From Polyangiales bacterium (GTDB lineage Bacteria; Myxococcota_A; Polyangia; Polyangiales; Ga0077539), in the NCBI GenBank assembly GCA_046351535.1, contig JAXLYG010000005.1:101334-165333 (forward strand): a stretch of 64,000 bases of DNA. Direction: 5' to 3'. A program made the translations under genes and the position numbers. The notes under the pieces were generated by a model. The model was given only the letters and a program-made list of their open reading frames with translations. It had not been told where the DNA came from and did not search any database. Shown here in pieces: positions 21,538 through 30,104 of this stretch (the first letter of the stretch is position 1; each line of letters starts with the position of its first letter).

Positions 21538-21570
21538 AAAACGCCTCCAGAGAACGGGCGGTTGAGTCAG

Positions 21571-22413
21571 TCAGAGGGGTCTGATCGTCGCGCGGCAGTG
21601 CGAGAGCACCGCCTCGCCGCGCTCGAGCGTCGAGCTGCGCACGTACACGAGGGAACCTTCGATCCAGCCTTCGGTGAGGAGCGTGTCGCCGGGCCACACG
21701 GGCTTGGTGAAGCGCGCCGAGACGCTCTCGAGCCGCGACGCGTCGCCGCCGCACGCGCTCCGCACGAGGGCGCGGGTCATGAACCCGTACGAGCAGAGGC
21801 CGTGGAGGATGGGCGTCCCGTTGAAGCGCTCGCGCACGAGCGAGAAGTCGGGGTCGGCGTGGAGCGGGTTCGTGTCGCCCGAGAGGCGGTAGAGCAGGGC
21901 CTGCTCGGTGGTGGTCTTCTCTTCGACGCGAAAGTCCGCGGGGCGCGACGGCGCGGAGCCCTCGCGGCCGGGCGGAGCTTCGCCGCCGAAGCCGCCCTCG
22001 CCGAGCACGATGATGCCCCACTCGGTGTCGAAGAGGTGCGCGCCCGAGGCGTCGCGGGTCTCGGTGCGCACGACCACCTGGGCCATGCGCTTCATGTCGT
22101 AGATGGCCGCGATGGTGGCCGTCGTCGAGAGCGACCCCGCGGGGGGAATCTGCCCGTGGAGCGTGACCTTCTGGTGGCCGTGGACGACCTTGTCGATCGC
22201 GACGCCCGCGCGGTCGGTCGCGCGGATCACCGCGGCGAACGAGGGGATCACCGCGAAGGACGGGAGCACCTTCGGGCCGCGGCCCTCGTAGAGGTAGTCG
22301 AGCTCGTCGCGCTTCGCGCCGACGCCGAGGGCGTAGAGGCAGACGTCCTTCGCGGTGTAGTCGTAGGCGGTCGGCTCGGTGGGGAGTCCGACGCACGTGA
22401 GGTCGAGCGCCAT
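21571..22413 (-). CDS. MaoC-like (R)-specific enoyl-CoA hydratase, double hot-dog fold
   Basis: 280 aa. N-terminal hot-dog domain plus a C-terminal MaoC dehydratase motif (YRLSGDTNPLHADPDFS...GTPILHGL). It lies immediately upstream of the thiolase, suggesting a beta-oxidation pair. Confidence 0.75.
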   Translation of the reverse strand: MALDLTCVGLPTEPTAYDYTAKDVCLYALGVGAKRDELDYLYEGRGPKVLPSFAVIPSFAAVIRATDRAGVAIDKVVHGHQKVTLHGQIPPAGSLSTTATIAAIYDMKRMAQVVVRTETRDASGAHLFDTEWGIIVLGEGGFGGEAPPGREGSAPSRPADFRVEEKTTTEQALLYRLSGDTNPLHADPDFSLVRERFNGTPILHGLCSYGFMTRALVRSACGGDASRLESVSARFTKPVWPGDTLLTEGWIEGSLVYVRSSTLERGEAVLSHCRATIRPL

Positions 22414-22452
22414 CGGAGTGCGCAGCGCTCTACCGTGCGTAGGGACGGCCCG

Positions 22453-23301
22453 TCAACGGGCGAACACCACCGCGACGCGCGCGATCGACGCGAGGAGCAG
22501 CGCGCCCGTGAAGATCGCCGTGCGCTGGTCGGCCTTCGGGACGCGCCGCGCGTCACGGTGCGCGACGAGCATCGCGAGGCCGAGCGCGGGCAGCGCGGGG
22601 ACCGGCGCGGCGAGCGCCGCGGAGGCGATGCCAGCGAGGAGGACGCCGACGAAGATCGCGGCGGCGGTGCGGCGGATCGGGAGGCCGAAGCGCGCGCCGA
22701 TGGCGTGGTAGAGGGCCGCGAAGACCACGTCGCCGAAGCCGATCTGCGGCTCGGGGAGGCGCTCCATCGGGACCGTCGCGGTGATGGTGAGGAGGCGCAG
22801 GAGCGCGGGCGTCTGCACGATCATGTGCGTGGGCCCCGCGGCGGCGGTGACGCTCCAGAGATCGACGGCGGCGGAGAGGAGCGCCACGGGGAGGATGTGC
22901 CCCGGCGACTCGACGCGCGCGCCGACCTGCGTGCCGATCGCGCAGGCCGCGAGGGCGATTCCGACGGCGCCGAGCACGCCCGACGCGCCCGGGGCGACCC
23001 TCAAGATCGCGAAGGAGAGGAGCGACAGCGCGACGCCGAGCGCGGCGGAGATCACCGCGTTGCGAGGCTTCGAAAGAAGGGCCCGCGGCGCGAGGGCGCT
23101 CGCGAGGGTGACCGTGAGCGCCGCGCACACGAAGGCGACGAACGCGTAGAGCCCCTCTCCGTTCAGCGGAAAGCGGATCGCGTCGAGGGCGGGGTCGAGC
23201 GACGCGGGGCGCGGACCGACCGGCGCGAGGACCGCGAGGATCGCCAGCGGCGCGACGGAGACAGCGACGGCGCGCAGCGCGGGCGGAGCGTCGGGGGGCA
23301 T
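22453..23301 (-). CDS. polytopic membrane protein (8 predicted TM) with D...GxGD...PAL motifs; possible intramembrane aspartyl protease (prepilin-peptidase A24-like or presenilin/SPP-like)
   Basis: The real gene is the C-terminal 282 codons of the 894-aa ORF, starting at ATG 23301 (MPPDAPPALRAV). Motifs: AVDLWSV in TM5, IGFGDVVFAALY in TM6 (compare GGGDVKLLAALG of prepilin peptidases) and PALPAL in TM7. Confidence 0.35.
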   Translation of the reverse strand: MPPDAPPALRAVAVSVAPLAILAVLAPVGPRPASLDPALDAIRFPLNGEGLYAFVAFVCAALTVTLASALAPRALLSKPRNAVISAALGVALSLLSFAILRVAPGASGVLGAVGIALAACAIGTQVGARVESPGHILPVALLSAAVDLWSVTAAAGPTHMIVQTPALLRLLTITATVPMERLPEPQIGFGDVVFAALYHAIGARFGLPIRRTAAAIFVGVLLAGIASAALAAPVPALPALGLAMLVAHRDARRVPKADQRTAIFTGALLLASIARVAVVFAR

Positions 23302-23322
23302 CGGCGCCGAGCATAGAGCCCC

Positions 23323-24741
23323 TTGCGAGTGGAGGGGAGCGCTGATACCCACGACGGCCCCGTGAACCTCTCTCGCGCCTGCGGTCTCGCTGTCGTGTTG
23401 CTGGCCTTCGGATGCCAGGAGTCGACCATCGCGATCCGCGTGGTGGCGGCGGACGGAGGCGATCCGTTTCTGCCGCCCGATGCGGCGACGCAGGCGCGCT
23501 TTCGCTTCGAGGGGCGCACCAGCGAGACGGTGACCACGAACGTGGCGCCGAACGGGTACTTCACCCTCGAGACGCCCTTCGCCGGGGCCGTGTCGGGGCG
23601 CGGCATCGTCGAGGCGCTGCGCATGGGCGAGGTGGTCGGCGGCGGCGCGACGCCTCCCATCGACTGGGGCAGCCTCGGCGTGGCGGTGCTCAACGTCTTC
23701 GTGCAGCGCCGGGACTCGCTCGTCGAGTACGCGTGGAGGCTCCGCGCGTCGCGCACGTCGCCCGCGATCTTCGAAGCGGCGCCCGCGTTCGCGCTCGTCG
23801 TGGGCGGGACCGTGGAGGCGCAGCCCATCGAGAGCTTCAACGAGCTCACGCTCTCGGGCGCGGCCGACGGGTCGGTGTATGACAACACCCTCGGCCGCGA
23901 CGCGTCGTTCGTGCAGCTCGCCAACGGCCGGGTGCTCATCGTGAGCGGCTGCAACGCGCTGCTCTGGAACCCGCTCTCGAACCAGGCGCTCGTGAGCCCG
24001 ATGGCCATGTCGATGGCGACGCCGCCGTCGGAGCGCTGCGACGTGCGGGGCTCGACGGTGGTGCAGGAGCCGGGCGGCGGAGGGCTCCTCGTGGGAGGGC
24101 GCGGGCCGATGGGGCCCGTGGCGCGCGTGGACATCGTGAACGCTGACGGGACGTGGTCGGCGGCGCTGCCGATGGCGACGCCGAGGGTGCGTCCCGAGGT
24201 GGTGCGCACGGGCGTGGCCGAGGCGATCATCGCGGGCGGCCAGGACGCGGGGGCGCCCTTTCTGGAGCGCTACACCCGCACGCTCACGGCCGACGCGCGG
24301 CCCGTTCGCACGGGGATGAGCGCGGTGGATGACCGTCGCGACGCGGCCCTGGTCGACCTCGGCAACGGCGTGGTGCTCGCGCTCGGCGGCGCTTCGACGA
24401 CGGGGACCGACCTCGCCGCGAGCGACGTGGTGCTCGACGCGCGCTGCATCGACGGGAGCTGCCCGCTGGTGCTCTCGACGCCGACGCTCGTGCGTGAGCG
24501 GCGTCGGAACCCCGTCGCGGTGCTCGCGAATGACGGTCGCGTGGTGGTGGCCTCGGGGACGGGCGCGAGCGGCGTGGCGGCTTCCGTGGAGGTCATCGAC
24601 GCGACGACGCCGCGCGCGCCGATGTCGGTGGGGCCCATCGCGATGCTCCCCTACGACGGCATCACGGGGCGCAGGCTGGCGACGGGCTCGGTGCTCTTCG
24701 CGGGCGGCGGGACGATGCTCACCTGGGTCTACCGTCACTGA
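23323..24741 (+). CDS. hypothetical lipoprotein, Gly-rich beta-propeller/Kelch-like repeats
   Basis: Lipobox LLAFGC. Repeated GG-containing blade-like segments (LVVGGT, LLVGGRG, IIAGGQDAG, VLALGGAST, LFAGGGT). It lies antisense to the spurious 894-aa minus-strand ORF. Confidence 0.5.
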   Translation: MRVEGSADTHDGPVNLSRACGLAVVLLAFGCQESTIAIRVVAADGGDPFLPPDAATQARFRFEGRTSETVTTNVAPNGYFTLETPFAGAVSGRGIVEALRMGEVVGGGATPPIDWGSLGVAVLNVFVQRRDSLVEYAWRLRASRTSPAIFEAAPAFALVVGGTVEAQPIESFNELTLSGAADGSVYDNTLGRDASFVQLANGRVLIVSGCNALLWNPLSNQALVSPMAMSMATPPSERCDVRGSTVVQEPGGGGLLVGGRGPMGPVARVDIVNADGTWSAALPMATPRVRPEVVRTGVAEAIIAGGQDAGAPFLERYTRTLTADARPVRTGMSAVDDRRDAALVDLGNGVVLALGGASTTGTDLAASDVVLDARCIDGSCPLVLSTPTLVRERRRNPVAVLANDGRVVVASGTGASGVAASVEVIDATTPRAPMSVGPIAMLPYDGITGRRLATGSVLFAGGGTMLTWVYRH

Positions 24742-24765
24742 GGGAGACTGCGGTAGCGTCGCGCG

Positions 24766-25029
24766 ATGCGCTCCCTCGTCGTCGCGTGTGTGGTCTTCGC
24801 GCTCTCGCTCAACGCCTGCAAGCGTCGGCCTCCGCCCGTGCCCGAGCGCACCACCGCGGGGACGAGCCTCAACGTCGGCGCCACCGCGATGACCCCCGAG
24901 GTGCACATCAACCAGCGCGACGGCGGGAGCGGCGCGGGCGGGATGAACATCCAGATCGGCAACGTGGGCGTGCAGCTCCCCGGCGAGAACGAGCGCGGCG
25001 CCGCGGCGGAGCGAGAGGCCGAGCACTGA
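24766..25029 (+). CDS. small Gly-rich lipoprotein (87 aa), hypothetical
   Basis: Signal peptide plus lipobox (VVFALSLNAC). Starts 25 nt after the preceding lipoprotein gene. Confidence 0.4.
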   Translation: MRSLVVACVVFALSLNACKRRPPPVPERTTAGTSLNVGATAMTPEVHINQRDGGSGAGGMNIQIGNVGVQLPGENERGAAAEREAEH

Positions 25030-25142
25030 CCCCGCGCCGAGGCCCTCGAAGGCCTCGCCCACTCCCACGCGCGCACGAAGTTGACGGAAGCGCGGCGGTG
25101 TCGTCTGGCACCCTGCTCCGCGCACGAACAGCGTCATTTTTC

Positions 25143-25205
25143 ATGCGTAAAATCCGCATGCCGTCTCAGAAAAACCCGTTCTGAACACATCTATCTAGAG
25201 AGATG
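25143..25205. promoter_or_regulatory. AT-rich leader with two palindromes upstream of the DUF4280 gene
   Basis: ATGCGtaaaatCCGCAT at 25143-25159 and CATCTatctagagAGATG at 25188-25205, in an unusually AT-rich ~80-bp stretch for this genome. A GAGGAGGA ribosome-binding site lies 5 nt upstream of ATG 25314. Confidence 0.35.
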
Positions 25206-25313
25206 TCGCGCACGCGAGCGTGGGATCACGCCCGGCGATCGTTCGGTCATCTCCCGATCTCGACGCGGCGTCGCCCGCGGACGGGAGCGCGTTCCCTCAC
25301 GAGGAGGAGCACG

Positions 25314-25730
25314 ATGAGAAGACTGGTACTTCATGGCGCCACGCTCGGATGCACGCACGGCTCGTCGACAGCGTTCCTGTCGATCGCCCCGGGCCGCCGC
25401 GCGGGCGCTCTCGTTGCCACCGTGCGCGACCACGCGTCGCTCATGAACATCGCCCCCTTCGGCTTGTGCAGCTCGCTTTCGAACCCCCGCGTCGCGGCCG
25501 CCACCGCCGCGTCGCGCGGCGATCTCACGCCGCAGTTCTGCGTCCCCCACACGCCAGGCCCCTGGACGCAGTCCGATCCCGCGACCGAGGTCGACGGCGT
25601 CGAGGCGCTCCACGAGGGCGCGACGTGTCGTTGCGCGTGGGGCGGGCGCATCAGCGTGAAGTCGTCCGAGGTCTCCGCGAGCGACGAGCGATCGAGCGCG
25701 AGCGATGATCGTTCGAACGCGAGCTTGTAG
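25314..25730 (+). CDS. DUF4280 (PAAR-like) domain protein, standalone, with a Ser/Asp-rich C-terminal tail
   Basis: LVLHGATLGCTHGSS...MNIAPFGLCSSLSNPRVAAATAASRGDLTPQFCVPHTPGPWTQ...CRCAWGGRISV fits the DUF4280 pattern (NI.PFG.C.S..NP.VAAATAA...LTP..C.P.T..W...C.W.G.I). Strong ribosome-binding site. Tail KSSEVSASDERSSASDDRSNASL. Confidence 0.65.
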   Translation: MRRLVLHGATLGCTHGSSTAFLSIAPGRRAGALVATVRDHASLMNIAPFGLCSSLSNPRVAAATAASRGDLTPQFCVPHTPGPWTQSDPATEVDGVEALHEGATCRCAWGGRISVKSSEVSASDERSSASDDRSNASL

Positions 25731-25740
25731 CGCCGCACGC

Positions 25741-28700
25741 TCAGCGCGCGGGCAGCGAGACGATGTGATCGAGGTGGAGCACCGGCGCCGGTGACCCCGC
25801 CGCGTCGAGGTCGAAGTAGATCACCACGTCGCCCGCGGGGATGCGGATGGGCACGCGCGACTCCTCCCAGCGCGGTGAGAGCGGGATCGTCGCCACGACG
25901 CGCGCCCCGAGCCGCAGCGGGACGCGCACCGGCGGACCGTCGTCGCGGCGCGCGCGGATCACCATGAGCCTCAAGCCTCCGCGCTGCGAGTAGAAGGTCA
26001 CGGGGAGCCTCCCCCCGTGGGCCTTTCCGATGCAGCTGTGGGCGCCGAGGTAGCGCCAGCCGAGGGTGTCCTCGTGGGGGCCGCAGGACTCGAACGCGTC
26101 GGGGGTGATCTCGACGGTGCGCGCGTCGAAGCCCTCGATGCGAGGCCCCACCACGCCGAGCGCGCCGAGGGCCTCGGCCGCGTAGCGCTCCGCCCGCGTG
26201 TGACGGATCGTGCTCAGGATCAGCGGGACGGCGCGTCGATCGCCGAGCATGCCGAGGGCCGCGATGGCGTTGGCGCGCGCGTCGTCGGTGGGGTCGTTGA
26301 TGGCCGTGCGCGCGAGCAGTTCGAAGAGGCTCGGGTCGCGCATCTGACCGAGCGCCAGCACCACCTGATACCGCACGTGATCGTCGGGGAAGATGGTCAT
26401 CAGGGGCTCGATCGCGCGCGGATCCGCGAGCGTGCCGAGCGCGCGGATCGCGTCGATCACCTGCGACTCCTCGGGGGACCACAGCGTCTCGATGAGGGCG
26501 TCGACGGCGGCGTGGTCGCCGAGGCGGGCGAGGGCCAGCGCCGCGCGTCGCCGGAGCAGCGGGTCATCGCTCGTCACGAGGTCTCGGAGGAGGGGCGCGG
26601 CGGAGGCGTCTCCCGCGGCGCCGAGGGCCACGGCGGCGGCGTTGCGCACGGCGGCGGAGCGGTCTCGCAGGATCGGTCGCAGCGTGTCGATGAGCGAGCG
26701 GCGCGCGAAGCTCGCGAGGAGCTCGACGGCCTCGGTGCGCTCCTGCTCCGAGGCCCTGGGGTCACGCACGATCTCGGTGAGCCCGGGGATGGCCGCGCGG
26801 TCTCCGACGCGTGCGCGCGCCACGGCGCCGCGCGCGGTTCCGCGGTCTGCGAGGGACTCGAGCCACGCGGTCATGTCGGCGTGGAGCGACTCGCGCATCG
26901 CGAGCTCGGTGCCCGCGAGGTTGCGCCGCTCGCCGGGGTCGGCCGTGAGGTCGAAGAGCTCGTAGACGCCGAAGGTGAGGTCTGCGACGAGCTTCCACTG
27001 GCCGCGGCGCACCATCTTGCGGCTGTTGACCGTCGAGAACACGGGGGGAGAGTCGACGCCCGGTGTGGGCGGGCGGAGCATCCATCCCCGGAGGTCGCGC
27101 CCTCGCATCGTGGGCGCGGGCCGCGCGCCGGCGAGGGCCGCGAGCGTGGGCGCCACGTCGACGAGCTCCACGGGCGCGGTCACCCGCTGCGCGGTGAGTC
27201 CCGGCGCCGAGATCACCAGCGGCACCCTCACCTGCTCTTCGTAGAGCGTCGAGCCGTGATAGACGCCGCCGTGGTCGCCGAACTCCTCGCCGTGGTCCGC
27301 GGTGACGGCCACCACGAGCTCGCGCGCGAAGACGCGGCGCGCGTGGGTGAGCACGCGTCCCATCGCGGCGTCGATGTGCGAGACCGCGTCGTCGTACTGC
27401 GCGACGGGCGTCGGGCCGCTGCCCTGATAGGGCGCGTGGGCGTCGAAGAAGTGCACCCACATGAGGCTCGGGGCCTCGCCCCTCCGGACGATGTCGTCGA
27501 TCTCGCCGATGGCCGCGGCGGCCTGCTCGTCGGCGTTGCGGTCGACGTGCGTGGCGCGCGCGAAGCCGAAATCGTGCTCGCGGTAGCCCGTGAGGCGCTC
27601 TCCCTCGGTGAAGAAGATGCCCGTGGTGAAGAGCGCGGCGGTCTCGCGTCCGTTGGCGCGCATCACGTCGGCGAGCGTGGCGAGGGGCTGCGGCTGACCG
27701 AGCGCGAGCGTCTCGTGGAGGTACTCGCCCGTGTGCAGCGACGAGAGCGAGTAGCTCGAGTGCGGGGCCTGCGCGTAGGTGTTCACGAAGACCACGCCCT
27801 GCGCGGCGAGGCCGTCGAGGGTGGGCGTGAGCGAGCGCCCCGCGCGCGTGCGTCCGAGGCGGTCGGCCCGCATCGCGTCGACGGTGAAGAGGAACACGTG
27901 CGCCCCGGGGAAGCTCGGCGCGTTGACGTTGAGGTCGGCGTGTCCCGCGCGCTCTCGCGCGTAGCGGGCGCGGCGCAGGGCGAGCGAGTCGACGGCGCCG
28001 GTGGCCTCGGGCCTGCGCGCGACGGAGGCGACGGCGAAGGCCGCGTGACGCACGAAGGGGGCGTGGACGCCGAAGACCTCGGCGCGCACGTTGGGCCAGC
28101 GATCGAGGGCGCCCCAGGCCCACGGGGCCGCGAGGGCCGCGACGATCCCGGCGATGGCCGCGGCGCCCGGGAGCGAGCGGACGATCCACCACGCGGCGGG
28201 CGTGAGGGCCGCGACGGCGAAGGCGTTGGCGAGCAGCGTCGCGACGCCGAGGCCCGTGTGCAGGTACTCGTAGAGCCTCGGAAAAACACGGTGATCGAGG
28301 CCGTGCAGCGCCCAGCCCGCGAAGAGCGAGACCGCGCCGATGAGCGCGCGCTGCCGCACGGGGCGCGACGGGAGCGTCATGGCGAAGCGGCGGAGCCCCG
28401 CGAGCGCGAAGGCGCACACGGTCACGAGCACCACCGCCGTGAGCGGCTGGAGGAGCCACTGCATCGGGAGGCGCTTCATGCGTCCGCCCGTGAAGAGCGC
28501 GTGGGCCACGGACGCGAGGGGGAGCGCGACGAGCGCGGCCATGCGGACGGGCGCGCGGCGCTCCCACCGCGCGAGGAGCGCGTCGAGCGACGAGACCGTC
28601 GCTGAGAGCAATGCGCCCACGGCGTAGCCCCCGAGGAGGAGCACCGCGGCCAGACGCGCGCGATCGACGCCGGGCGCGAGCCAGAACACCGTGCTCGCAA

Positions 28701-28821
28701 GGTCGGCCTGACCCGAGAGCGTCCCCGCGACGGCGCCGATGAGGAGCGCCCTCGCCACGACGAAGCGCGGTGGCGTGGTCTCGATCACCGCCATGCGTGG
28801 CGCTGATTGCGCCCGTTGCAT
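25741..28821 (-). CDS. large membrane-anchored sulfatase-like (alkaline-phosphatase superfamily) protein with C-terminal HEAT repeats
   Basis: N-terminal ~330 aa hold multiple TM helices. Central sulfatase-like domain (LFTVDAMRADRLG...VFVNTYAQAPHSSYSLSSLHTGEY...VTADHGEEFGDHG) lacks the Cys/Ser-x-P-x-R FGly motif. About 8 HEAT-like repeats follow (AVRNAAAVALGAAGD, PLLRRRAALALARLGD and so on). The ORF track's start at 28860 overlaps tRNA-Cys, so I use ATG 28821 (MQRAQS); 28794 is an alternative. Confidence 0.55.
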   Translation of the reverse strand: MQRAQSAPRMAVIETTPPRFVVARALLIGAVAGTLSGQADLASTVFWLAPGVDRARLAAVLLLGGYAVGALLSATVSSLDALLARWERRAPVRMAALVALPLASVAHALFTGGRMKRLPMQWLLQPLTAVVLVTVCAFALAGLRRFAMTLPSRPVRQRALIGAVSLFAGWALHGLDHRVFPRLYEYLHTGLGVATLLANAFAVAALTPAAWWIVRSLPGAAAIAGIVAALAAPWAWGALDRWPNVRAEVFGVHAPFVRHAAFAVASVARRPEATGAVDSLALRRARYARERAGHADLNVNAPSFPGAHVFLFTVDAMRADRLGRTRAGRSLTPTLDGLAAQGVVFVNTYAQAPHSSYSLSSLHTGEYLHETLALGQPQPLATLADVMRANGRETAALFTTGIFFTEGERLTGYREHDFGFARATHVDRNADEQAAAAIGEIDDIVRRGEAPSLMWVHFFDAHAPYQGSGPTPVAQYDDAVSHIDAAMGRVLTHARRVFARELVVAVTADHGEEFGDHGGVYHGSTLYEEQVRVPLVISAPGLTAQRVTAPVELVDVAPTLAALAGARPAPTMRGRDLRGWMLRPPTPGVDSPPVFSTVNSRKMVRRGQWKLVADLTFGVYELFDLTADPGERRNLAGTELAMRESLHADMTAWLESLADRGTARGAVARARVGDRAAIPGLTEIVRDPRASEQERTEAVELLASFARRSLIDTLRPILRDRSAAVRNAAAVALGAAGDASAAPLLRDLVTSDDPLLRRRAALALARLGDHAAVDALIETLWSPEESQVIDAIRALGTLADPRAIEPLMTIFPDDHVRYQVVLALGQMRDPSLFELLARTAINDPTDDARANAIAALGMLGDRRAVPLILSTIRHTRAERYAAEALGALGVVGPRIEGFDARTVEITPDAFESCGPHEDTLGWRYLGAHSCIGKAHGGRLPVTFYSQRGGLRLMVIRARRDDGPPVRVPLRLGARVVATIPLSPRWEESRVPIRIPAGDVVIYFDLDAAGSPAPVLHLDHIVSLPAR

Positions 28822-28833
28822 CGGAGGTTCACC

Positions 28834-28907
28834 GGAGGTGCGGATGGGATTTGAACCCACGTATCACGGTTTTGCAAACCGTTGCCTGGCCACTTGGCTA
28901 CCGCACC
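28834..28907 (-). tRNA. tRNA-Cys (anticodon GCA)
   Basis: Reverse complement is GGTGCGGTAGCCAAGTGGCCAGGCAACGGTTTGCAAAACCGTGATACGTGGGTTCAAATCCCATCCGCACCT. Anticodon stem-loop ACGGT-TTGCAAA-ACCGT, T-loop TTCAAAT, CC encoded. Confidence 0.85.
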
Positions 28908-29033
28908 AGACTTCGTCTTTCACAGCGGTGTGAGGCACACCCTCCGTGCGAGACGGGGAGCTTTATAGACGTGCGCGTGATGGATTGTCAACCGAAGTGC
29001 GCGGAGTGCCGCGCGTCGGCGCCGTACGCGCTG

Positions 29034-29954
29034 TCAGCGCGCGAGCTCGACGCGGCCGTAGCAGCGGGCGCGGGGCGGCGGAGCGGTGAAGTCCGTGGGG
29101 GCTCCCTCGTCGACGAGGACGCACGAGGCGCCGAGGAGGTCGTCGTGTTGAAAGAGCCTCGCGGTGACCACGCAGCGCTCGCCCGCGAAGAGGGGCTTGC
29201 GAAACCCGAGGTCGAACGCGGCGGTGAAGCGGTCGAAGGGGAGCCCGTGCGCGTCGAGCCGCGCGAGCGCGGCGTCTTCGAGGAGCGCGGGGTACACGAG
29301 GGAGTTCACGTGCTGGTTGCTGTCGGTGTGACAGAGCCCGAAGCGCGCGGGCGTGGGCGACGGGTGCCAGCGGTCGTCGATCCAGTGCGCGCCCTCGGGG
29401 AGCGCCGCGGAGGCTTCGGGCGCGGAGTGCGCGGCGTCGAGCACGGAGATCAGCGGATCGAGCGCGTCGGGGAGCGCGCGCACGCGGCGGTCTTCGGGGG
29501 CGGCGAAGAGGCGCGTGAGGGTGTGCTCGCCGTAGACCTCGCCCACGGGGATGACCTCTCCGGCGCCGTCGGGGGGTGGGCCCCAGGTGCGTCCGCGCGG
29601 GGCTTCGACGCGGGCCCACATGTCGAGGCGAAAGCGGTCTTCGCCCTTGGAGACAGGCGCGCGTGTGAGGGCGAAGCGGCCGTCACAGAGGAGCGGTCCC
29701 GCGGCGGCGATGGGTCCGCCGTGGGAGCGCACGACGAGGCGACTGAGGATCGGGAGCACGCCCGTCGGCTTCATCACGTCGATGAGGGGGTGCTCGCGGA
29801 GGGCCTTGTTCCACAGGGCCGCGGCGAGGGCGTGCGACATCGGAGAGGGGTGGCAGCGCCCGCACTGCGAGACGTCTTCGTAGCGGGTGGGGAGCGTTCC
29901 TCGTCCGCGCTGGGAGTCGGGCACGTCGGGCCACGGAGGGATGATGAGCGTCAC
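29034..29954 (-). CDS. acyl-ACP thioesterase family protein (double hot-dog)
   Basis: 306 aa. C-terminal hot-dog carries TDSNQHVNSLVYPALLED, compare the D.NQHVNN..Y motif of FatA/FatB-type thioesterases. Confidence 0.5.
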   Translation of the reverse strand: MTLIIPPWPDVPDSQRGRGTLPTRYEDVSQCGRCHPSPMSHALAAALWNKALREHPLIDVMKPTGVLPILSRLVVRSHGGPIAAAGPLLCDGRFALTRAPVSKGEDRFRLDMWARVEAPRGRTWGPPPDGAGEVIPVGEVYGEHTLTRLFAAPEDRRVRALPDALDPLISVLDAAHSAPEASAALPEGAHWIDDRWHPSPTPARFGLCHTDSNQHVNSLVYPALLEDAALARLDAHGLPFDRFTAAFDLGFRKPLFAGERCVVTARLFQHDDLLGASCVLVDEGAPTDFTAPPPRARCYGRVELAR

Positions 29955-30104
29955 GGGCGCGGAGCTATACCGCGAGATCGGGGAGCGTGGTCTGCGATGT
30001 CGTCAACGGTCGCGCGCGTCGCGTTTGCGCTTCACCGCCCTTCGCGCCCGTTGGTACCGTGCGCTCTCCATCTGCCTCGAAGCCCACAAGGAGCAGCGAC
30101 GACA

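Noticed and set aside
25105-25125. Possible sigma-54 promoter (TGGCAC cctgc TCCGC) upstream of the DUF4280 gene
   Set aside because: The -12 element does not match TTGC at the required spacing (TCCG where TTGC is expected). There is no enhancer-binding-protein gene nearby. It is left out as a feature.
22453-25137. 894-aa minus-strand ORF
   Set aside because: Only its last 282 codons (22453-23301) look like a real membrane protein. The remaining ~1.8 kb is Arg/Ala/Gly-rich low-complexity sequence lying exactly antisense to two well-formed plus-strand lipoprotein genes (23323-24741 and 24766-25029). This is a typical high-GC shadow ORF.
28770-30104. 5' part of the 707-aa plus-strand ORF (28770..30893)
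   Set aside because: It runs through tRNA-Cys and is antisense to the acyl-ACP thioesterase gene. Only the last 262 codons (from ATG 30105, with an AAGGAG site) look like a real gene.
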